Source: Leucoraja ocellata (taxonomy: Eukaryota). Taken from it: 64,000 nucleotides of DNA. Each line of letters opens with the position of its first letter. The stretch's first letter is position 1. Both the position numbers and the translations under genes were made by a program. The stretch is taken from the NCBI GenBank assembly GCA_036785375.1, contig JAWMAR010000421.1, positions 1,178,001-1,242,000 on the forward strand, written 5' to 3'. A model generated the notes under the pieces. It was not told the DNA's origin. It saw only the letters and a program-made list of their open reading frames with translations, and made no database searches. Positions 12,884-23,660 of this stretch are shown piece by piece.

Positions 12884-13020
12884 TCTTCTTCTTTCTTGTG
12901 GCGTGAACAGCCTAAAGTTGTTGGTCAACTTGTTCTCTTTGATCTTCCGTTTGTGCACGTCGAGTTGATTGCATTAGTCGAAACGGGGCGGACCATGTGA
13001 AGGTTGCAATCTTCCACCCC
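12884..13020 (-). mobile_element. 137-bp SINE/short internally deleted non-LTR element (Ingi/Vingi-like) with HDV-like ribozyme head and (GAA)n tail
   Basis: TSD AACTTATGTTGCT at 12871-12883 and 13021-13033; minus-strand GAA-repeat tail; 5' 54 nt fold into a nested double pseudoknot. The Vingi assignment is inference. Confidence 0.85.
12967..13020 (-). ncRNA. HDV/CPEB3-like self-cleaving ribozyme fold (minimal, no P4 stem)
   Basis: P1 GGGGUGG/CCGCCCC, J1/2 AA, P2 GAUUGCA/UGCAAUC, P3 ACC/GGU, L3 UUCACAU, P1.1 C-G, J4/2 CUAA. Confidence 0.85.
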
Positions 13021-13796
13021 AACTTATGTTGCTGCAGGGACCTCAGAGAGAGATAAGCAAGTGGGACAGATGTTCTTCATCCACAAAAAATACCTCCCAA
13101 ATAGGTATTGAAAAGGCATTTGGGGCAGACAGCTCTATAGGTGAGAGGCAGGAGTAATGGCACAGGTTCTGAATGCAACACTTTTTTTTAAAAATCAATG
13201 ACCTTGCATAAATAGTTAAAGGCTAATAAATGGAATCTCAGATTAATATCCCAAAAAGTGTATCATTGACCATTGAAACTATTCAGCACAACTCAACAGT
13301 CACTCAATATTCATAACTCATACTTAACATTATGTTTTAAGGCATCCTCACATAATTAGTACTGCATCAAGTCTCATACCAATGTCTTACAACTTGCACA
13401 AGATGACTGAACATAGAAAATAGGCTGCATGACATTTACTAACATAATGCTCTCTCTCATCATGAATGAAATGCGTCTAATCGCAGACAGTTTTGTTACT
13501 TGTCCTCATTGGTCAGTACTCATCATACTCTATTATTGAATCAAGATACTAAAACGGCCTTTATAACTGAACAATAAGAGTATTTTTGCATACAGAAGGC
13601 AACAGTGCAATAACACAGTTGATCTTTCACTTCTCAAGGACAATTCAGTTTGGGGGGGGCAGGGGGAAGAAAAAAAAAAAAAGACTTTACTTTCCATGCC
13701 CACATTCTGCACAAGAATGTAACATAAGCAGAGTTAATATAACTGAGGCAAAGTTTGTAGGGTGCCACAATACCCAGCACACTATTCTTCAAATTA

Positions 13797-14370
13797 TTAC
13801 TACAAGGCATTGGTGAGGCCAATTCTGGAGTATGGTGTACAGTTTTGGTCGCCTAATTATAGGAAGGATGTCAACAAAATAAAGAGAGTACAGAGGAGAT
13901 TTACTAGAATGTTGCCTGGGTTTCAGCAACTAAGTTACAGAGAAAGGTTGAACAAGTTAGGTCTTTATTCTTTGGAGCGCAGAAGGTTAAGGGGAGACTT
14001 GATAGAGGTCTTTAAAATGATGAGAGGGATAGACAGAGTTGACGTGGATAAGCTTTTCCCACTGAGAGTAGGGAAGATTCAAACAAGAGGATATGACTTG
14101 AGAATTAAGGGACAGAAGTTTAGGGGTAACACGAGGGGGAACATCTTTACTCAGAGAGTGGTAGCTGTGTGGAATGAGCTTCCAGTGAAGGTGGAGGCAG
14201 GTTCAATTTTATCATTTAAAAATAAATTGGATAGTTATATGGACGGGAAAGGAATGGAGGGTTATGGTCTGAGTGCAGGTGGATGGGACTAGGGGAGAAT
14301 ACGTGTTCGGCACAGACTAGAAGGGCCGAGATGGCCTGTTTCCGTGCTGTAATTGTTATATGGTTATATG
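13797..14370 (+). mobile_element. Young CR1 LINE 3' end
   Basis: ORF 13762..14292: YKALVRPILEYGVQFWSPNYRKD...ERRRLRGDLIEVFK...WNELP; CR1 3' hairpin and tail. Confidence 0.9.
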
Positions 14371-15009
14371 ATTTCTGAGGCACCTCAGGCAAAAAGCAGT
14401 TACTCTGAGGAGCTCAAATCTGCTATTCTGTCAACTGATGACAGGATGCTGGAGGACAACGTAACATTGGACAGGAGGTCTGTATGGCATGTACAAAAAC
14501 ATTTCAATCATCAATGATTATGTGGCCCAACATGTGAATACCAGAAACGAAGGTGAAGCAGATGTCATAATCAGGAACTAGAATACCAAATGAATTACCC
14601 ATTTTGCCTTTCTCCTCAAGTCTCCATCATCTCATAAGTCATTCAGCCAATTCAACTCACTATATTTGATACTAATGAACGGCTAAGGGCACTGAATATA
14701 GCACACATTGTGGGACTTGGCAACATTCCAACAGTAGCACTGAGGACCTGCACTCCAAAATTAACCACATCTCTTGCCAAGTTGTTGCAGTACAGTTGCG
14801 ACACTAGTATCTTCCATCAATGTAGATATTAGTCCAGGTGCGTCTGTTCACATAAAACAGGACAAATCTAATCGATCTAATTGCTTCCCATTATGTTTTC
14901 CTTCAATCAGTGTAATCAAAAATGCCTTCAAGATTTGCTCCACAAGTCTTCTCATTGCTGCTCATTTTATCTTTGTGTGAATCATTTGAAGTCATCCATC
15001 ATTATGGTA

Positions 15010-15475
15010 TCGGTCCAAGCATGATGAAAAGTGACTGTCCTTAATCAAGCATGGCATCACAAAAACTCTGGTAAAATTTAAATCAATTAGCATCAACGAG
15101 AAAGCAATATGGTGGCTGGAGTCTTATCTTGCAGAAAGGAAGCTGGATATGATTGTTGACTGTTCTTCCCAAATACAGAAATCAGGAATCCAGGAATTCC
15201 TCAGCAAGTGTCCTAACCCCAATGAACTTTTGCAGTTTTATCTCAGCCATCATAATGTCAGAAGTAGGGATGTTCCTTAGAGGAGCAGAAAGTCAGTTTA
15301 ATTCACTACTGCTGAGTCAATAAAGCAGTTGTTGCCTGCATGGAGCAAAGCTTAGGCAACATTCATGCATGGAGAGTAAATTGCAAGTAAGAATAGCAGA
15401 GCACAAGTGCTAGGCAATGACCATTTTCAACAAGAGTTTTTCCTTAATGGTTAATAGCATTATCGTTAATCCCTC
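15010..15475 (+). mobile_element. Degraded L2/Crack-like LINE RT fragment
   Basis: WLESYLAERK and GIPQ-SVL remnants; same family as 45335-47125. Confidence 0.5.
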
Positions 15476-15477
15476 AA

Positions 15478-15910
15478 CAGGGTCGGCCTTAGGAGGTGCG
15501 GGACCCAATTGGGAAGGCCAAGGTTCCCAGCCAAGGTCTGTCAGCCCTGTTATTTAGTATATTTTATGAAATTGTACACTAAGGTGCTATGGATTATACA
15601 CTGTCTTAATCTCTCCTGCTCTCGTCTGACTATCAGTAGCTCCATTGGCTTCCAACCTTTACTATAGCTGCTAATTACCATTAAACTGCATTATGTGATT
15701 GAACACAATGCCCGTGGAGACAGCGGCTGTTTGGACGGGAGGAGACCGATTTGTTGATAGGATGGGAATTTTAAGGGAAGCTGGTCAGTGATTGGACGCA
15801 ACCCTCTTAGGGACAGCGATTGGCCACCAAATAATCGGGCGCAAAATATTGAGAAATAGGAAAACAAAAACAAATAAAAAATCGGAATTCCGATTTAAAT
15901 CTGAGATAAG
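15478..15910. mobile_element. Probable hAT-type DNA transposon left end
   Basis: Begins CAGGGTCGGCCTTAGG, interrupting the LINE; CpG-containing interior; no matching right TIR found. Confidence 0.35.
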
Positions 15911-16089
15911 ATACATAGGGTGGGTATCGATTAATTCTAGACAACAGATTCAAAAAAATAATCTAACCCCATTAAATCACACAGGATGTATTATGATGTG
16001 TTCTACAGTATGAAGTGTAAAGCAAAACTTGCACTTCCAGAGTGGTCTATCGTGTTGTTTCTTCAACGGACCACAGATTTATTTTAAGA

Positions 16090-16287
16090 GCAAAACATAA
16101 AGTGCTGGAGAACTCAGCAGGTCAGGCTGGATCTATGGAGGGTCAGAAGAAGGGTCTCGACCCAAAACGTCACCTATTCCTTCTCTCCAGGAATGCTGCC
16201 TGACCCGCTGAGTTACTCCAGCATTTTGTGTCTATCTATGGAGGGAATGGCTAGGCAACGTTTAAGGTCAGGGTCCCTTCTTCAGGC
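16090..16287. mobile_element. Penelope pLTR inverted/nested fragments
   Basis: Inverted gctggag..ctcagc arms around a mutated hammerhead core (16141-16174). Confidence 0.7.
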
Positions 16288-16696
16288 ATTTTTTAAGGGG
16301 TTGGGAAAGTTCAAAAATTTCATGTATTTAAATATGTAGTTATGAATATAACTAGTAGTGTGAGAGAAAGTTCCATGAGCCATAATTGCCACATACATAC
16401 ATACAATGCCTCTTCAAGGTCTACTAATCAACCCGTAGCTTCAGTTGCAGGTACTGCTGAAGGGATTTGGTGCTCAGGCAATGCTATGAGTTTATATGAA
16501 TTTTAAAAATCCGATACGTTTAAATCATTCAAAAGCTACAACCACAATGTGATAAATAATACTAAATAAAACTGAAGCAAATATAGGCAAACAGAAGAAC
16601 TAACCTTGAAGGAGAGAGTGAAAACGCACAAACTTCTTTTTTTTTTAAATTCATATAACATCCCTAAATGATGGGTACAAATTACTAAATAACTTG

Positions 16697-16810
16697 GGTG
16701 GACAAAAATGCTGGAGAAACTCAGCGGGTGAGATGCTGCCTCACCCGCTGAGTTTCTCCAGCATTTTTGTCTACCTTCGATTGTTCCAGCATTTGCAGTT
16801 CCTTCTTAAA
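16697..16810. repeat. Penelope-derived near-perfect hairpin (36-bp stem, 7-nt loop)
   Basis: 16697-16732 pairs with 16740-16775 (one G-U). Confidence 0.85.
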
Positions 16811-17994
16811 ATAATGTGGGTGAATGACTGTACCTGCACAGAAGAAGCCCGTGCTCACGTTCCGGAGCCCTTAATGACAGTAAATTTTAAGAAATACTGC
16901 ATGAATTTTATTCAAAGGAACGCGGCGTCATTAATACTTTTCTGCAGTACTCATTAAACCAGAAACCTCAGAAAAACAGTGAAAAAAAATTGAAAGACTT
17001 GTCCCAAATCCTGGTCTTTCTTCTTCTCCCTGCTACCACGCAGTAGCAGGTACAGAAGCTTGAAAGCACTACCAAACTCAGGAACAGCTTCTTCCCCTCC
17101 GTTATTAGGCTGCGGAACAGTCCTTCCTTAAATTAGTGTACTATCCAATTCAACTTACCACATTGTGGACATCAGTGGACATTGTGCTGATGCTGCACAA
17201 AAATCAAGACATCACAAGCCAAAAGATATCAATCAGCAGGACTGACTGCAACAAAATGTAACAATGAACAATGTGTGGGCAGTTAAATACATTTGTATTA
17301 ATGGCGGTAAAGATTGCACTGTTTCGCGCAGAAGTCTAATCTGTTCAGTTCTTTTTATGACAATGTCATTGTTAATGTTTGAGAAAACAAGATAAAGAAA
17401 AACTGAAAATCATTTATTTAATGGTTAATAAAAGCTGTTTTAATGCTTTTTTAAAAGTGGCACTAACTTACTCCCTGAAATGTATTATTGTGCGCAACAC
17501 AGTTGGTATCTCGGTTAACTTAATGCCCATTCTTTGACAGTAACTCAGTTCCCTCAAAGAAGTACTACTGATTTGTGGTGGAGATTGTTGTTAAACATTT
17601 TTCATTTATCTGCTACAATTTAAGCAAAATATTGTTACCTTTATTCAATGCAGAAATCTTAATCAATGTCAAACAAAGAATATTAGCTAGAATTGACTAT
17701 GAATTTACTTATGTGAAATGTACCCACAGATGGAACTGTATTCATATCATGAAGTTTTCATAGAGCAAAACAAACCCAAATGCATACCATAGCATAAGAT
17801 TAAAATAGACCATTTAGAAATTCAAAGGACACTATAAAGATTATACGCTACACAATAATGTTGTTTTATTAACTACACTACCTAGATATATTCAACTCCC
17901 CTTCATAATTTATTGTTTAGTCACAGCACTTAATATTTGAAATTACATAAACTAGCTAATTTTCATCTATTGGAGAGAACTGACATTTAAGTCG

Positions 17995-18530
17995 GTGTCA
18001 CACAGCACGGAAACGGGCTCTTTAGCCCAATACGCCCTTGCTGACGAAGAAGCCCCTTCCAAGCTAGTCCACTTTGCCTGCATCTGGCCCATGTCCCTCT
18101 AACAAAACCCTCTCCAGCTTACTGGCATCTTTCTATAGCAGGATGACCAAAACTGAGCATGATACAGTATTCCAAGTGCAGCCACCAACATCTTGCACAA
18201 CTCTAAAATAACATCCCAACTTCCATTCTCAATTCCCTGACTGACAAAGGGTAGAGGGCCTAAAGCCTCTTCACTACCCTGTCTACCTACCATGCAACTT
18301 TAAGGGAACTATGTTCCTGTACTCCCAGATGCCTCTACTCCATAACACTCCACAGGACCCTACTGTTCATTGTTAAGGTCCAGCCCTGGGTTGACATCCC
18401 AAAATAGATCATCTCACATCTATCCGAATTCCATTTACCATTCCTCCACCCACTTGTCCAGTTATTCAATATCCCACTTTAATTACATCTTCATTGTCTA
18501 TGATGCCATCTATTTCAGTGTCATCTGGAA
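17995..18530 (-). mobile_element. CR1 LINE 3' fragment with internal deletions
   Basis: Minus-strand WDVILELCKMLV, QFWSSCYRK and CR1 tail. Confidence 0.75.
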
Positions 18531-20059
18531 AATAAGGCCTTGCCTAGTTTTGCCTTCCATGTCTGCTCAGCACCCTCGCTGAAGCCTATCGAGCCAAAGC
18601 CTCGACTTATCCTCAACGCGAAGCCTCTCCGAAAACGGCTCACTAATGCCTGCCTTCTTTTTATATACCAGGAGGAGCAGTCATTCCCAGACATTAACAG
18701 CTGCCGTTTCAATCTCCCGCGCTGCACTTCCTCCGAGTTGCTCACTCGCTCCAGAAACTAACCTGACTTCGTGCTAAAGGCGTTTTTTTTAATCTTCCGC
18801 ATTGTTCCTTGTCTCAGCTTATCTATCAATCAATTGAAACTGACCTGGCCTCATACGAACGACGGACTGCCTTTTAACGTCCCTAGGTTGCTTCTCTAAA
18901 CTACTAATTCACAAGTAATAAACGGTACTTGTGTGATGATGCGCTAGCTCACTCACCACCAATATACAAGAAATCAATAACACAAGAAAGTCATAAAGTA
19001 TTCATCGTCCCACACATTTTTCTTTCTACACATAGTTCACTTTCTACTTTCCTTGCATTGTGCCAAAATTACATCTTGCTACATTTGATACATCAAAAAA
19101 TCCTGAGCTTCTGGCAAACAATTCTATTCCTTAAAAAGCTGGCTCGTCGTTTAAATTAAATTAACAACCTTCGATTGATAATTCCCGAAAATTTAAATAG
19201 TGGTTTCAATGAAAACGAAAGTGAAGAATGGCAGACTTCCAATTTGCAACGTTAATGTGCACGGTCACGGACATTTCAATAATAATACTTGACCACAACG
19301 AATTCCTGAGCAGTCAATTAGTAAAATAGCTTGATTTTTAATTCAATCAGGCGAAAACCCTCCCACCCCCATAAACCGACCCTGGAAGTTGCAGCGTTGA
19401 CGATGTGTAGTGGATTTCATTGACCTGAGCGCAATAGATCCATGAAACCACAGATGCCGACCGTCTTCGACAGAGTTGTTCTGGTTCTATAGTTAATTAA
19501 CTTAAAATGGAACAGAATACCAGAACAAAATAGAAGGTTTTTAAACCAACCAATTCAATTTAGATGACTTATTTATGCAATCTCATGCAGTGGCGGCATA
19601 AATAACGTCTCCAAACTGGTGTCAAAGAAAATGTAAATGAATATAATTCGTAATATAATATTCTGTCATTCGGGACATTACTGTATTTTTAATTAGAGAA
19701 TCGATAATGGTAAACAAATGTTACAACATTAATCTTGCCAACTGGCATTCATATTTGGAGGGGAACAAAGAGTTGCAATAGTAAACACATAAAAGCGCGT
19801 GTACACCATAAAATAAAAATATTTAACCAGAGTTTGGGTAGTTGGCACTTTAAAAAAGGTTGATGTCTGGACCACTATAAGACTCGCTACTGTTGCCGCG
19901 ATTTGTCGACTCTCCCAATACAGAACAAAGTAACTGCAAACAATAAAATTCACTCCTATTATTACCCCCCCCCCCCCCCCCATAACAATACGGTGTGTGA
20001 TACAGAGAGGGTTATCAGTGGTCACACGTTGTTTGTCATTAATTATTTGCAAACAAAAA

Positions 20060-20610
20060 GAAAGACAAAAAATCCTGGAGCAACTCAGCGGGACAGGCAG
20101 CATCTCTGGAGAGAAGGAATGGGTGACGTTTCGGGTCGGGACTCTTCTTCAGACTGAGTCAGGAGAGAGGAAGACTAGGTATATGGAGGGGTAAGGTGTG
20201 AAAACGACAGATCAAAGTAAATCATGCTTAAGGAAATGTAGAATGGTTCATAGTTGGCTGAGGGGAAGTTGGCAACGAGGCACACAATCAGTAAAATAAA
20301 TCAAGAGGGCAGTGAAACTAGTCGGAGAAGTAAGATGGGGATGAACAGAGAGAGAGGGGAAGCAAGGGTTACTTCAAGTGAGAAATCAATATTCGTACCA
20401 TTGGGTTGTAAACTGCCCAAGCGAAATATGAGGTGTTGTTCAGCCAATTTACATTGGGCCTCACTCTGACAGTGGAGGTGGCCCAGGCCGGAAAGGTCAG
20501 TGTGGGAATGGGAAGGGAATTAGTCTTTTGCAACTGGTAGATCGCGTAGGTCCAGGCAGAGATGTTCTGCGAACCGATCGCCGAGCCTGCAGTTGGTCTC
20601 GCCTCGGGAC
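20060..20610 (-). mobile_element. Penelope-like element 3' end: GIY-YIG C-terminal remnant plus pLTR hammerhead (20121-20156)
   Basis: Minus-strand SHSHTDLSGLGHLHCQSEAQCKLAEQHLIFRLGSLQPNGTNIDFS, then CUGAAGA A GAGU CCCG ACCC GAAAC GUC. Confidence 0.8.
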
Positions 20611-20740
20611 CCTTGGACGGAGTCAAGACTATTTACAAACATGGGTGAATACAGTACCTAGTTGCCATCAGCCAGGGGTACCGGAGGACAACACCCACTA
20701 CACGAGCACTGCGCACGATGTCGAATCTGGGCGCAGTCTG

Positions 20741-20850
20741 AGTCACCTGCGGGAGGCAATCATTGACTTGGCCGGCCGCCTCCACTCGCTCCTATTTGGT
20801 GCCATTTTACAGTTGGGCACCTTGTGCGGAAGCGCAGCGCGAGGGATGGG
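20741..20850 (-). promoter_or_regulatory. Candidate promoter/first exon of a leftward gene
   Basis: CpG-rich unique sequence with ETS-like CTTCCG and YY1-like AAAATGGC motifs and a minus-strand donor CAG|GTGACT (20749-20741). Confidence 0.4.
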
Positions 20851-21399
20851 AAAGAGTTGAGGGGTGGGGGTCGAGGAAAAGGCGAGGGGGAGTGGATGGC
20901 TAAGTGGCGAGGTGGGTGAGGAAGAGGTAGGACGGGTGGGGAAGAGGCAGTGGGGTGGGTGGGGAACAGGTGAAGGAGGGGAGAAGAGGCATGGGGGTAA
21001 ATTGGGGGGGGGGGGCGAGGATTGAATAGGCGGGGTGGGGGACTGGCACGTGGAGATTGGGCCGAATGGCCTAATTCTACTATAACGTATTTTAAGGCTC
21101 AGAATGACAGATTCTTGATTAGTACGGGTGTCAGCGGTTATGGGGAGAAGGCAGGAGAATGCAGTTGAGAGGGAAAGATAGATCCGCCATGATTGAATGG
21201 TGGAGACTTGATGGGCCGAATGGCCTAATTCTGCTCCTATAACTTATGGAAGAGGGGAGGCAGGGAGCCCACAATGGATAAACTCCAAACGGGGGGATGG
21301 GGGGGATGAGGGGGTCACTGGGCACAGAACCTTGGGGTGGCGCGATGTGTGCCTTCGTGTGTCCTGGGAAAGGAGAGGGTGGAGAGCAGTACCAGGCTA

Positions 21400-21850
21400 A
21401 GGAACTGTCCCGCTGAGTTACTCCAGCATTTTGTGTCTACCAGGTGAAACTTTTGTTGATTAAGGGTGAGGAATGGCCGAGAGGAACCTGGGATGAGGTT
21501 GGACACCGAAGCGTGACAGGCAGCATTTCTGGACAGAATGGGTGACGTTTCAGGGTCGAGATCATTCTACAGGCTGAGAGTCTGGGGAGAGGGAAACTGG
21601 AGATATGGAAGGTACATAGAACATGTAAGATGTGAAAAGAACAGATCGAAGCAGACAGTGATCAAGAGAATGTAGAATGGTTCATTGTTGGATGTGGGGA
21701 AGCTGACAACGAGGCATACAAACAGTAAAATTAATCAGGGCGTTGAAACCAGTCGGAGAACTAGTGTGGATGAGGGCTGGAGAGAGAGGGAAAGCACGGG
21801 TTACTTGAAGTTAGAGACGTCAATATTATTACCGCTGCGTTGTTGGCCGG
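21400..21850 (-). mobile_element. Penelope-like fragment, second copy of the 20060-20400 family
   Basis: Colinear similarity (tgtagaatggttca..., gaaac/tagtcggagaa); degenerate hammerhead at about 21541-21575. Confidence 0.7.
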
Positions 21851-21869
21851 GTTTGGGAAGCTCAAGGTA

Positions 21870-22498
21870 GGGTTTTGTGGGGGGGAAAGGGCAGGAGCCG
21901 GGGTTGTGAGGGAAGAGGGCCGGGGATGGGAGGGGGAGGGTGGGGTAAGGGGGGCGGAGATGGGAGGGGGTGGAGTTCCGGGGTTGGATGAGAACAGAGG
22001 TCGGAGTCGGCAGTGGGGGGGGGGGGGGGAGAGAGGGAAGGGGCTGGTGTCTGAGATGGGCGAGGGGGAAGGGGCCAGGGACGGAGGTGGGGGTTGCGGA
22101 AAGGGGCCTGGGACCGAAGTGGGATGAGGAGATGGGAGTGACGAGAGGGGGAAGAGGAGAGGGGGGCTGAGGAGAGGGGGATGAGGAGAGGCGGATGAGG
22201 AGAGGGAAGTGAGGACAGGGAAGGGGAATGAGGAGAGGGGGGTGAGGAAGGGGGGTGAGGAGAGGGGGATGAGGAGAGCGGGATGGGGAGAGGGGACGGG
22301 GAGAGGGGGACGGGGAGAGGGGGATGAGGAGGGGGATGGGGAGAGGGGGATGAGGAGAGGGGGATGAGGAGGGGGATGGGGAGAGGGGGATGAGGAGGGG
22401 GATGGGGAGAGGGGGATGAGGAGAGGGGGATGGGGAGAGGGGACGGGGAGAGGGGGATGAGGAGGGGGAGAGGGAAGGGGCCGGGGGGGGGGGAGTTG
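21870..22498 (+). repeat. Purine/G-rich low-complexity minisatellite (GGAGAGGGGGATGA-like units)
   Basis: Read directly; source of the spurious Pro/Ser-rich minus-strand ORFs. Confidence 0.9.
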
Positions 22499-22504
22499 GA
22501 ATTA

Positions 22505-22690
22505 TCTGACGCCCTCGCGCTCGAGGAATGATCAACGGACGCAGCGCGTGAGCGTGGAGATACCACGTGACGTCTCACCCACGTGTGCACGCGCTGCCGG
22601 CCACCACGTGTCACTTCAGCCTCGAACTGCGCGAGGCGTTGAGTCTGCTGCGACATTTTCAACTTTATCGCGTCTTTCGCCGCTACAAGT
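22505..22690. promoter_or_regulatory. CpG-dense E-box cluster
   Basis: CACGTG at 22564, 22580 and 22605; CACGCG at 22588 and (reverse) 22545; TGACGT overlaps the first E-box. Confidence 0.6.
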
Positions 22691-22764
22691 CACCCAAAAG
22701 TGATTGAAAGTGAAGTTATCTTAAGTTACATTGATGTAAATTAGGAACAACTTTGTAAAGTAGT

Positions 22765-23060
22765 TGCGCATCTGGTGGAGCCGCTGCGTCACAGCGCCAG
22801 GGGTCCGCGTCCGATCCTGACCTCCAGTGCTATGTGTGTGTGTGTGTGTGTGTGAGTCTGCAGGTTCTCCCAGGCACCGTGTAGGTTTGTACCGGTTCCC
22901 TTCCACATCCCCCAAAACGTGCGGGGTTGTCGGTTTTATTGGCCTCTGAATTGCGCCTAGTGTGCAGGGAGTGGATGCGAAAGTGGGATAACATAGAACT
23001 AGTGTAATAGATGATCGGTGTGGGCCGAAGGGCCTGTTTCTATGCTGCATCTTTGAATCA
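22765..23060 (+). mobile_element. HE1-type SINE with internal (TG)n
   Basis: tRNA-like head, V-domain, gggccgaagggcctgtttc tail; CpGs largely retained. Confidence 0.75.
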
Positions 23061-23164
23061 ATCAAAAATTGTGAGAAGAAAGCCAATAACTATTAATATA
23101 TTTCAACTTTTTTTCTTTGTAGGGGAAAAAAATCTATAGATGTGACACGTGGGCCGTGGTGCTC

Positions 23165-23660
23165 CATCATCGAAGTATGGTTAGGGTTGTGTAGGGTGCA
23201 TCAAGAACCTAATCGATGTAGGAAAGTAGCTGTGTCTGGTGGTGTGAGATTTCAGTCTTATGAAATCTCCTGGCTGATGAGAGCAGTGAGAAGAGAGCAT
23301 GGCCCAGATGGTGGGAATCATTGATGATAGATGCCGCTTTCTTAAGGCAGCGGAGGACAAGTCTGTGCCTGTGATGGGTCAGGCTGAGCTTGTCACCCTC
23401 TGCAGCCTCTTGCATTTCTGTGCATTTGAATTGTCATACTCGGTTGTGACGCAACCAGTTAGGATACTTTCTACTGTACATTTGTAAAAGCTTGTTAGAG
23501 TATTCGGAGACACCAAGATCACTGTAAACCTTTATGAAAGTAAAGGTGCCGGCACGCTTTCTTTATGTCTGTATCTATGTGTTGGCCCAGGTCAGGTCAT
23601 CTGAGATGTTAATGCTCAGAAATTAGATGCTGATAACTCTTCATCACCAACCACCACTAG
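23165..23660 (-). mobile_element. Rex1/Babar LINE 3' fragment
   Basis: Minus-strand RCLKKAASIINDSHHLGHALFSLL. Confidence 0.8.

Noticed and set aside
13762-14292. 176-aa ORF as a host gene
   Set aside because: It is the C-terminus of CR1 ORF2, followed by the CR1 tail.
21801-22662. Long Pro/Ser-rich minus-strand ORFs (244 and 266 aa), and similar ORFs at 34030-34728 and 54208-54634
   Set aside because: They are translations of G-rich low-complexity tracts that lack stop codons by composition; no domain or splice support.
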